Of a stretch of 24,532 nucleotides of DNA, positions 7,358 to 15,259 are shown piece after piece. The stretch is taken from IMG/VR virus record IMGVR_UViG_3300020154_000115, one strand, 5' to 3'. The position numbers and the translations under genes were made by a program. This DNA comes from a virus. Each line of letters opens with the position of its first letter. The first letter of the stretch is position 1. The notes beneath the pieces were generated by a model that worked only from the letters and a program-made list of their open reading frames with translations, ran no database searches and was not told the DNA's origin.

Positions 7358-7693
7358 ATGGAAACAACAAAACGAACACTGGAAAAATTGAAAGAAAAAC
7401 TTCACACAACCCACCTGGAGACTGTTAGAAACCTGCCCTATGATGATATGGGTGCAGCTATCAGTTTGATTGACAGGGGGGCCGACAAGGCCCTTCTCTA
7501 TTTCTGGTTTAATCTGAAAACCGGTTGTTATGATTGGATGCCTCAGGAGATCCTTGAAGCTGACGTGGAGCGAATGAAAAAACTCTACCCTTCATTCAGA
7601 GGAGAAATTGATTTATGGGTAAACAAATTCATTATACATGGCGCCACCAAGAAAATACGTAGTCAGAATCCAAATTATCGGAAAGCGGGATGA
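7358..7693 (+). CDS. hypothetical protein (111 aa)
   Basis: ORF with TAAAATAATG start context. Confidence 0.65.
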   Translation: METTKRTLEKLKEKLHTTHLETVRNLPYDDMGAAISLIDRGADKALLYFWFNLKTGCYDWMPQEILEADVERMKKLYPSFRGEIDLWVNKFIIHGATKKIRSQNPNYRKAG

Positions 7694-8081
7694 GATATTC
7701 AAAGAGTGGCGGGCTGATGTGAAGCTCGCCTACTCTCAATATCGGAAGTTTAAGAAAGGGACAATGCACTTCCAGAACTGGTATAAATATCACATCATCC
7801 CCATGGTTCCTTGTATTGTCAAACCGGAGGTAATTGAGTGGGCTAAAATCCCGCTCACAGCTACGATAACAGCCGGAATGAGTCTTAGGAAGTTTATTCA
7901 AATCAACAACGTACGCATAAAATTTACCCCAGCCTATGCAAAACACTTTAATACTGAAGGAGCCGATCCAGAGCGGGACCGGGACTCCATATCCAGCGGG
8001 AATACCGCTGACCTTCACCAGGGAGAACGGGAAGATCCTGGTTCACCATCCGGAGAACACCAGGCTCCGGAAGGAGGTTAA
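7638..8081 (+). CDS. basic hypothetical protein, overlapping both neighbours
   Basis: Only + strand ORF spanning 7694-7935; true start uncertain. Confidence 0.55.
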   Translation: MAPPRKYVVRIQIIGKRDEIFKEWRADVKLAYSQYRKFKKGTMHFQNWYKYHIIPMVPCIVKPEVIEWAKIPLTATITAGMSLRKFIQINNVRIKFTPAYAKHFNTEGADPERDRDSISSGNTADLHQGEREDPGSPSGEHQAPEGG

Positions 8082-8175
8082 ATCTACCAACATCAAAGAA
8101 CTGTCCTCAAAGTCAGAGTCCATACTTGATGTGTTTCAATTTGCCCGTAACGCTAAACTATCTGAAGCGAAATGA
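7936..8175 (+). CDS. hypothetical protein (79 aa)
   Basis: Stop overlaps the next start (ATGA). Confidence 0.6.
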   Translation: MQNTLILKEPIQSGTGTPYPAGIPLTFTRENGKILVHHPENTRLRKEVKSTNIKELSSKSESILDVFQFARNAKLSEAK

Positions 8176-8438
8176 CCTCTTATCTGAACCAAATTTTAGA
8201 TGCGTTGCCAGGCAATACACCTAAAGAGAAATATGAAAGCTTATCGGTTTTAATTGAAAAAGCCCAGCTTATAGATTCAGAAAAGAAAACCGCTGAAGAG
8301 CTCTGGGATTGGCATTCAACAGGAATACCGGAGGATGATTACGCGGGGGCTGAAGGAATTGCCGAGATGGTAGCCGGTAAGAGCATTATGTATAAAGACG
8401 ATTTTTTAGAAGCATTCTCTAAAGTCCACAAATCTTAA
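8172..8438 (+). CDS. hypothetical protein (88 aa)
   Basis: Coupled ORF within the operon. Confidence 0.65.
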   Translation: MTSYLNQILDALPGNTPKEKYESLSVLIEKAQLIDSEKKTAEELWDWHSTGIPEDDYAGAEGIAEMVAGKSIMYKDDFLEAFSKVHKS

Positions 8439-8441
8439 AGT

Positions 8442-9128
8442 ATGATTATAAAAAAATTAAGCAAGTCAGAAGTTGAGGAAGGACTGACACTTGAATTGGT
8501 CAACTTAATCGACCTTAAAAAGAAATGCTCTCCTGTCCAAATTCAGGCCGGTGACGAGCCTGTAAATCTCCTTGTGTGCTCTTCCGGATACAATGTGATA
8601 ATTGATGGAAAGGTCCTGCGTGATGCCTCCAATAAACCCCTTGTTATTGCCGAAAGAGAGGTTCAGATAGCACGTGCACGGTACCTTAAAAATTATGGAG
8701 CTAAAGAGAAAGAGGAACGCGTTAATGAGTTGGTTGAGTCATGGCGTTCGAAGGTTAGAGAAATCTTAGACAAAACTAAACTTCGAATTGATGGCCTGAA
8801 AAAATCTCTTGCAGGCGAGGGACTTCATGGGGCATTACTAGAAATGGGAGGTGACTCCATGAAGGAGAACCTTCAAGCTGAACTTTCCAAGTTAGAACCC
8901 GCATACAATCAAGCAGAAGAAATGTATTCAGAAGGTCGGTTACCTGAGCTCTTAGACGCTTTAAACATTAAGAAATTAAATCCTCTTATGCTTAGGGCTG
9001 AATACGACAACCCTGAAGATATGCGAGTGTTAAAGGCTGTTTTCCATCGTGAAGCTTTAGATAAATGGAATGGCGATACCCTTAAAGCATACGCCATGAT
9101 TGAAATCGAAAAAGAATATAAGATGTAA
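8442..9128 (+). CDS. helical/coiled-coil hypothetical protein (228 aa)
   Basis: Long ORF, E/K/L-rich. Confidence 0.75.
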   Translation: MIIKKLSKSEVEEGLTLELVNLIDLKKKCSPVQIQAGDEPVNLLVCSSGYNVIIDGKVLRDASNKPLVIAEREVQIARARYLKNYGAKEKEERVNELVESWRSKVREILDKTKLRIDGLKKSLAGEGLHGALLEMGGDSMKENLQAELSKLEPAYNQAEEMYSEGRLPELLDALNIKKLNPLMLRAEYDNPEDMRVLKAVFHREALDKWNGDTLKAYAMIEIEKEYKM

Positions 9129-9155
9129 CCTCATTAAAATTTTAAATCACCAACA

Positions 9156-10166
9156 ATGTCAACAACAACAAATTTCTTCACTCAACTGAAGCCACTCCTC
9201 GAGAAGGGCCTGGACTTCACATTTACCGTACGGGCCCAGGGCGACAACTTGATTGTAGGAGTACGACCTGATTACGGCAAGGTTGAAAATGAGAACTTCA
9301 AACTCATTAAACCTCTCCTCCTCACCCATCCAGCGGAGAAGCTGGACGAAGGGTTCTTTGAAACGATAACGCAGCCCATGGAAACCTATTTGGATGTGGC
9401 CAAGCAGGTTGAAACCTGGACTGCAGATGTTAAGACCAAAGGCGAGAAAGTGAAGGAGGAGAAATCTCCGAGTAAATCCGAATCTAAGCCTAAGGCTAAA
9501 TCTAAACCCGATTCCAAGAAAACGAAACCAGCACCAAAGGCAGCAGCTACACCGAAGCCCGATCCTAATGAGAAGCTGAAGGCAACCCTTGACGATAAGC
9601 TATCCAAGATTAAGGAACTGGCCTTAACTGATCCGGCCGCCGTGGTCACCCTTGCGACTGAAGGACTGAAGCTGATCAGCAACAAGAAGGATAAACAAAT
9701 CCTTGAGGTAAAAGCAGAATTCTCCCAGCAATTGAAGAAAGCTAATGAAGCTTTGAAGATCCTGGCCGAAACCAAAAAAGCTGAGGAGAAAGACGCAAAG
9801 AATCTGGCAGCGGCCACTGAGATTGCCATACGCGGGAAGAAGTTCTTTGAGGAGGGCGAATATCAACGCGCTCTGGATGCATACCGTAAGGCCTACGCGA
9901 TCAAACCGCTTCCAGCCTGGTCACAGGACATTACGACCATGGAAAAGGCCATAGAGGATGAAAAGGCCGAGAAACTCGAAAAGCTCATTCAGAGTCTTGT
10001 TACCGAAGCTGACGCGCAGCGTAAAGGATTGAACTTCCCGGCATTTGCGGCAACCTGGAAGAAGATCAAAGAACTGAAGCCTGATCATCCCGCACTGGCA
10101 ACATTGCGCCAGGCCGTAGAGGTTGTGATCAATGAAGCCACAACAAAACAATTACTTGATAACTAA
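9156..10166 (+). CDS. PRTRC system protein E with K/P-rich linker and TPR-like C-terminal repeats
   Basis: N-terminal FFTQL...LIVGVRP...IKPLLLTHPAEKLDEGFFETITQP is the protein E pattern; directly upstream of protein C. Confidence 0.8.
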   Translation: MSTTTNFFTQLKPLLEKGLDFTFTVRAQGDNLIVGVRPDYGKVENENFKLIKPLLLTHPAEKLDEGFFETITQPMETYLDVAKQVETWTADVKTKGEKVKEEKSPSKSESKPKAKSKPDSKKTKPAPKAAATPKPDPNEKLKATLDDKLSKIKELALTDPAAVVTLATEGLKLISNKKDKQILEVKAEFSQQLKKANEALKILAETKKAEEKDAKNLAAATEIAIRGKKFFEEGEYQRALDAYRKAYAIKPLPAWSQDITTMEKAIEDEKAEKLEKLIQSLVTEADAQRKGLNFPAFAATWKKIKELKPDHPALATLRQAVEVVINEATTKQLLDN

Positions 10167-10190
10167 TTTAAAATAGGGGAACAACAGATC

Positions 10191-10415
10191 ATGAGTTTAT
10201 TAGAAAGCCAACCACTGAAACGAGTTTTTAAGTATGAGCACAAAGGCAAGCAGATTGAACTGGAAGATTTCAATCCGCTGGCTCCTCCTGAGGATATCAT
10301 AAAGTTTTATTCCGGGCAATACCCGGAGTTAACGAACGCGAGTGTTGAAAAACCAGAATTCGAAGGTGCGAATATGGTGTTCAACATCACTACGACAGTG
10401 GGAACTAAAGGATAG
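10191..10415 (+). CDS. PRTRC system protein C (prokaryotic ubiquitin-like)
   Basis: LKRVFKY...LEDFNP....EDIIKFYSGQYPELTNA...VGTKG*, the characteristic protein C signature with terminal Gly. Confidence 0.92.
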   Translation: MSLLESQPLKRVFKYEHKGKQIELEDFNPLAPPEDIIKFYSGQYPELTNASVEKPEFEGANMVFNITTTVGTKG

Positions 10416-10420
10416 AGCAA

Positions 10421-10708
10421 ATGCATATCCGAGAAATCTTTGAACCGGATCGCCAGAAGGAGATCCGGTTCCTTTGCCTTGGTGACATGGTTACTTATGA
10501 GGTATATGAAGAGGGCCATGCATGGGTCACAATCAATAAACATAGCCAAGGTCTTGAGATCAATCTATCCTCCACAAATATTGGAAAAAAAGGTATTACG
10601 GCCTACAGATACATCTGTGGTAAAAAGTTGATGGTTTTTTTTCCGTATCACGAAATCAAGTACCCACACTCACCACTTAAAAATGAAAACAGCAGAAGTA
10701 ATATCTAA
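10421..10708 (+). CDS. hypothetical protein inserted in the PRTRC cassette
   Basis: Starts 5 bp after the protein C stop and fills the gap. Confidence 0.55.
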   Translation: MHIREIFEPDRQKEIRFLCLGDMVTYEVYEEGHAWVTINKHSQGLEINLSSTNIGKKGITAYRYICGKKLMVFFPYHEIKYPHSPLKNENSRSNI

Positions 10709-10868
10709 ACTCACAAAGCAATGCAAGGAACAGAAACCCGGATTGATCGACAGGAAGCTACATCAGTTCATAGGCTCGTTGCTGGAATCCAGCCTGGACA
10801 AAGACAGGGAAAATCCAAACGACAAAAGGAAAACACTGGCCAGCGACGAGATTTTGTTAATGCTTTAG
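10683..10868 (+). CDS. small helical protein overlapping the start of the F-like gene
   Basis: Strong TAAAAATG start context and natural-looking amphipathic sequence; overlaps 10721..12046 in another frame. Confidence 0.45.
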   Translation: MKTAEVISKLTKQCKEQKPGLIDRKLHQFIGSLLESSLDKDRENPNDKRKTLASDEILLML

Positions 10869-12046
10869 GCATAAGAAAAGAGATTACCGCTCTTGAGGTC
10901 CTTAAAAATTTTGATGATATCGAAACAGAGGAACAGGCTCATTTTCTCCAATCGCTTTACAATTGTTGTAGAAAGCTTCCTAACTGGAAAGACATTACCT
11001 GGAACCACGAAGCAAGTTACACCGAGATGGTTGAGTACCTGTGGGGTTGTATCGAGACTGTAAATGGAATGAGCGCAGGTGCTCAGATCGTTTATGCTAA
11101 ACAACGCGCTAATGGCACAGGGAAATTGGATGAAAAGCCGCACTTCTATGCGATAATAGATCACCCGAAGATTGCTGCCCTTGCAATTTTTGCAGATTGC
11201 TGGATCCTTCCGGAGGTAGCGAAAAAAGAACCAAAGCTTTTTAAAATCATAGCAACAACGCTGGCGCTACTGAACAAACACAACGATATGGGTCTATGGG
11301 ACCGCATGGTTGATCAGGGCTATGATTCTGTATGGCAGGAATCACAGGAAGCTGGAGAATACACAGAAGCAGAAGATACTCCACAGCCTGATGCTGAAGC
11401 CTACGATGATCTGAGGCAGGAATACAACGACATCCTGGCCTATTGGAGCGATGGCCATGTGAGAGGAGATTATCCGGCAGGTGAGCCAGCTATTTATCTG
11501 AAGTTAGTGCGATCGCTTAATAAAACCCCGATCAGTAAACTTGAAAAGATGATCCGTTTGTATAGGGGCAAACCTTATATGAAAAAGTGGATGGTCCTGG
11601 CTCTTGAGTTGATCAAGACAAAAAAGAGCATCTACAATTACGATCATGAGAAACCGGACGAAGATTGTATAAGCCCTGCCGGGCTTTACTTCTTTCGCTG
11701 GTTTGGTCAGCAATACGAAGACGGTGCAGGTGATCGGCTGGAACTGTATACGGATTCCTTTTTACAATTGGAGCACGATGAAGGCAACTTCACAACATTT
11801 AGAATGTGCCGCCGAATCGATAAAACAGAGGATCCTTTCACCTGGCCTAAAGAGGAGATCATTCCTAAGAAATTTGAACAAATGATGCTAACCGCATCAG
11901 ACTCATTTTATCAACTCGAAAAAGCATACCATGGAGATCTTAAACGCAATAGAATCAAAATACAAGCCCAAAGGCGCATTGATTATTTATCAAAACCAAC
12001 GTGCCGACGACAAGACATCGCATTACGTAGAGTACGCCGAAATTAG
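10721..12046 (+). CDS. PRTRC-associated protein (protein F-like by position)
   Basis: 441-aa ORF between protein C and protein B, where F sits in PRTRC cassettes; sequence assignment not certain. Confidence 0.6.
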   Translation: MQGTETRIDRQEATSVHRLVAGIQPGQRQGKSKRQKENTGQRRDFVNALGIRKEITALEVLKNFDDIETEEQAHFLQSLYNCCRKLPNWKDITWNHEASYTEMVEYLWGCIETVNGMSAGAQIVYAKQRANGTGKLDEKPHFYAIIDHPKIAALAIFADCWILPEVAKKEPKLFKIIATTLALLNKHNDMGLWDRMVDQGYDSVWQESQEAGEYTEAEDTPQPDAEAYDDLRQEYNDILAYWSDGHVRGDYPAGEPAIYLKLVRSLNKTPISKLEKMIRLYRGKPYMKKWMVLALELIKTKKSIYNYDHEKPDEDCISPAGLYFFRWFGQQYEDGAGDRLELYTDSFLQLEHDEGNFTTFRMCRRIDKTEDPFTWPKEEIIPKKFEQMMLTASDSFYQLEKAYHGDLKRNRIKIQAQRRIDYLSKPTCRRQDIALRRVRRN

Positions 12047-12626
12047 GGACAAAGAACTGCAGCCCTTACGACCATTGAGAAACGAAGATCTTTCAAAGCT
12101 TTATTTCTTTCTGAGGACCTATCACACTGAAGCGGTCGCACAGCTATCCGGATTCCTACCTAAAAACATGGTGTTTTCTAATTTCCAACTCGGACAATAC
12201 GCATGGACAGTACCAGGTAAGAAAAGACCGGTTTACTTCGATAAGGGACTAAAAATCAAAGATGGCTCAATCCCATATCCAAACATGCTGTTTGTTGTTA
12301 AGGATGAATCATTGTACATCTACATCTACAAAGAGGCTGAACTGACTGCTCGGACTAAACTATACAGAGCTCCATTCTTAAACACTTATGCTGAAGGCAA
12401 TGTCTGTTTAGGTAACACAAACATGAAGGCTATAAAAAAAGCAACCACGTTCGAGGAATTCATAAAGGGATGGGAGAATATGTACTTCAACAGTAAATTC
12501 TCCTCCGGTGCAGGTGGAAAAAAAGAATTCATGGAAGCAATTCTTAATAAGCGGTTTTTCAATTGGCTTCCCCTAATCAAAAAGTTCAAACTCAAACCAC
12601 GTAAACTTAAATCAGTACTCCGATGA
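11931..12626 (+). CDS. PRTRC system protein B (prokaryotic E2 family D)
   Basis: PKGALIIY, SGFLPKN, IPYPNMLF and LYRAPFLNTYAEGNVCLG with an E2-like Cys; ATGA-coupled to ThiF. Confidence 0.88.
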   Translation: MEILNAIESKYKPKGALIIYQNQRADDKTSHYVEYAEIRDKELQPLRPLRNEDLSKLYFFLRTYHTEAVAQLSGFLPKNMVFSNFQLGQYAWTVPGKKRPVYFDKGLKIKDGSIPYPNMLFVVKDESLYIYIYKEAELTARTKLYRAPFLNTYAEGNVCLGNTNMKAIKKATTFEEFIKGWENMYFNSKFSSGAGGKKEFMEAILNKRFFNWLPLIKKFKLKPRKLKSVLR

Positions 12627-13492
12627 CTCAATACCATCACACAGTTCCGCCATATTTCGTAAGGCCTGATCACCCGATAACTATTATACTGATCGGACTC
12701 GGAGGCACCGGTTCTCTCCTACTCACTAAGCTGGCACAGATCAATAGCACCCTGATGGCATTACAGCATCCGGGAATTCAGGTTGCCGCCTGGGATGGAG
12801 ATATAGTAACCGAAGCCAACATTGGCCGACAGAATTTCTTTCCCGCTGACCTCGATCGCAATAAAGCAGAAGTCCTGATCGAAAGAGTAAACCGGGCATT
12901 TGGTTTTGGTTGGGTTTCGGTTCCTGATTATTATCCTAATGATAAGACGGACTATTCCAAGGTTAACGCAAATATATTCATCACATGCGTGGATAGTGCA
13001 ATGGCCAGGGAGAGAGTGCATAAACGGTTAACCGCACATTACACCAATAAGATCCTTCGTTCAACGGAATCCCGCGAAATCAACTTCATTCATGATATTG
13101 CTTATTGGATGGACATTGGCAATACCCAAAACTCAGGACAGATCATTCTGGGAACCCCTCAGGCTCTGGCTCAGCCAAAAGATCTTGATGGCGCCACGGG
13201 ATTCCTCCCCACTATTATGGACCTTTATCCTGATCTGCATAAATATGAGAACCCCGATCTGCCCAGCTGCTCTGTCGCCGAGTCTCTGCAGAAGCAGGAC
13301 CTTATGATTAACGGGATGATGGCAATGTGGGCAGGTAAACTCCTTTGGGATATGTTCCGGAAGATAAGGATCCAGCACTCAGGAGTTTATGTAAACCTTA
13401 ATACTTACCAGGTTAATCCAATGCCGATTACGCCATTCGATTTATTTGAATCAGTAATTAAGAAGCCGAAGAAACGACTTCAGAAAAAATAA
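12623..13492 (+). CDS. PRTRC system ThiF family (E1-like) protein
   Basis: IGLGGTGS nucleotide-binding loop, DGDIVTEANIGRQ, CVDS, WMDIGN, PSCS. Confidence 0.93.
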   Translation: MTQYHHTVPPYFVRPDHPITIILIGLGGTGSLLLTKLAQINSTLMALQHPGIQVAAWDGDIVTEANIGRQNFFPADLDRNKAEVLIERVNRAFGFGWVSVPDYYPNDKTDYSKVNANIFITCVDSAMARERVHKRLTAHYTNKILRSTESREINFIHDIAYWMDIGNTQNSGQIILGTPQALAQPKDLDGATGFLPTIMDLYPDLHKYENPDLPSCSVAESLQKQDLMINGMMAMWAGKLLWDMFRKIRIQHSGVYVNLNTYQVNPMPITPFDLFESVIKKPKKRLQKK

Positions 13493-13548
13493 AGGTGAAG
13501 TGTATCCGGGGTCTATTGATTGTACCTCGTCAGATTTAGGAACACCTT

Positions 13549-13578
13549 ACGGTAGCTGATATACCTACCGTTCTTTTT
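13549..13578 (+). terminator. probable terminator between ThiF and the recombinase
   Basis: ACGGTAG...CTACCGT stem followed by TCTTTTT. Confidence 0.55.
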
Positions 13579-13597
13579 AACATTAACTTTTACTACC

Positions 13598-14881
13598 ATG
13601 AGGGATACTTCAAAAGAAAACATGTCCGCAATAGCCTCAAACAAAAGAGGGGCACACCATAATCTTCACTTGCGCTATTATATGAATGTCTCTCCTAAGG
13701 AACAGTTCATGCAACCTCTTACCATTGGCGTTTCTATTCCACCGTTTGGTAGGGCCAGGATGATTATCGCTGATATCAAAGTCAATCGTGATCATATTAA
13801 GAATGGAAAAATTGTTGGAGAAGATGATTACACCAACACCATACGCCAGGCAGTTAACAAAATCGAAGTCGCACTCCATAAGATCTTTCTCGAGCACAAG
13901 GTAGCTGGCCGCATCCTTACCCCTCCACAGTTAGTTGATATATACCGGAAAATCGATCCGGCTAGTCAGGCGGTTTTATTGTCTGACCTGATTGATGACT
14001 TCAAGTCTGTCAACGAAGGAAAGCTGGATAAACCTACTTTAAAGGGATATTCTACATCCGTTAATCAGCTCTTTTTGTTCTTAGAAAAGGAGCATATGGC
14101 CTCGGACTTCATTGTTCAGGACCTAACAGTAAGGATGCTGACCAGGTTTGAAACGAATCTTAGAAAAAGCGGTCTTGCCGCATCAACGGTACAGCTCTAT
14201 GTCGATAAGCTGAATGCGCTGATGAAGTACGCGGTAAAGCAGGGGTTCATCCTGAAGAATCCTTTTGAAGAGTACGATCGATCAAACATGGTTCAGAAAG
14301 CTGAGTCCAATCCGGAAGATTTAGACAGGAAGATTGCAAAGGAGGACCTGCAGAGGATTGAACGCACCAAAGTCGATGATCCTGACCTGGAAAGGATGAG
14401 ATTGATATTTCTGTTCCAGCGCTGGACCGGCTTCGCCTGGAAGGATCTGGCCATGCAGGGCAATATTAAGAACCTGATTCGCTTAGATCTTACCGGGGAT
14501 GAGTCAATCATTTACAACAGGATGAAAACAGGAGTGTTGGCCATCGTGCCGTTGTTTGAGGAAACGAAGAAGATCCTGGAGGAGTTGAAGTACAACATTA
14601 ATCCGGGTCCTTACAAGGTCTACCTCCGCCGGATCAGAGCGCTGTTCACTCACTTTGGAATACCACTGGAAAAGCAAAGAGGTACGCACATCGCACGGCA
14701 TGTTTTCGGTAGCGAAATGCTTGAAATGGGTTTTTCAATGGAAAGTTTATCCCGGATGATGGGCCATTCCACTATCAAGGAGACGGAAAAAGTCTATGCA
14801 AAGATCAACATGGATAAGATCCGGGCGGACCTGAACAGGATTAGACAGCAACAGAAGCAGGCCGAGCAAATCGCCGTCTAA
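13598..14881 (+). CDS. tyrosine recombinase/integrase (Bacteroidota type, SAM-like core-binding domain)
   Basis: TGFAWKDL, RMKT, HIARHVF, MMGHS and TEKVY catalytic motifs. Confidence 0.92.
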   Translation: MRDTSKENMSAIASNKRGAHHNLHLRYYMNVSPKEQFMQPLTIGVSIPPFGRARMIIADIKVNRDHIKNGKIVGEDDYTNTIRQAVNKIEVALHKIFLEHKVAGRILTPPQLVDIYRKIDPASQAVLLSDLIDDFKSVNEGKLDKPTLKGYSTSVNQLFLFLEKEHMASDFIVQDLTVRMLTRFETNLRKSGLAASTVQLYVDKLNALMKYAVKQGFILKNPFEEYDRSNMVQKAESNPEDLDRKIAKEDLQRIERTKVDDPDLERMRLIFLFQRWTGFAWKDLAMQGNIKNLIRLDLTGDESIIYNRMKTGVLAIVPLFEETKKILEELKYNINPGPYKVYLRRIRALFTHFGIPLEKQRGTHIARHVFGSEMLEMGFSMESLSRMMGHSTIKETEKVYAKINMDKIRADLNRIRQQQKQAEQIAV

Positions 14882-14922
14882 AACTTTTTTGTAACTTAGT
14901 TCATCAAAAAGTTAAAAGTTCG

Positions 14923-15225
14923 ATGAAAAAGTCACTCCTCTTCACCGCTATTGCAGCAACTTTGATAGCCGTTACCTTACTGGCTTTCCTTCCAGGTGAA
15001 CAAAAGTATTATGTAGCATGCTCCATGGATATCACCTACCAGGATGGAACGCAGGAATTGAAAACGTTTTATAAGAACGTCTCAGAAAAAGATGCAGCAC
15101 AGTTTTGGCTTGAGAATTCCTGCATTAGATATTCCGACATTAATCACGAAGGACAAAAGGAGGATGTGGCCTGCGGTGTAAAAACATACCAGGTTGTCCT
15201 GAAGCAATATCAAGAAAGACCATAA
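14923..15225 (+). CDS. secreted or membrane-anchored small protein
   Basis: MKK plus hydrophobic signal peptide; three Cys in the mature part. Confidence 0.65.
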   Translation: MKKSLLFTAIAATLIAVTLLAFLPGEQKYYVACSMDITYQDGTQELKTFYKNVSEKDAAQFWLENSCIRYSDINHEGQKEDVACGVKTYQVVLKQYQERP

Positions 15226-15259
15226 CAAAAAAGCCGGATCAGTTCCGGCTTTTTTTGTT
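15224..15259. terminator. bidirectional intrinsic terminator
   Basis: AAAAAAGCCGGA-TCAGT-TCCGGCTTTTTT between convergent genes. Confidence 0.85.

Noticed and set aside
3413-13521. AGGTGAAG...TCTATTGATT shared between ORF 3220-3462 and the 13.5-kb spacer
   Set aside because: Blocks of 8 and 10 bp, 10 kb apart, are within chance expectation
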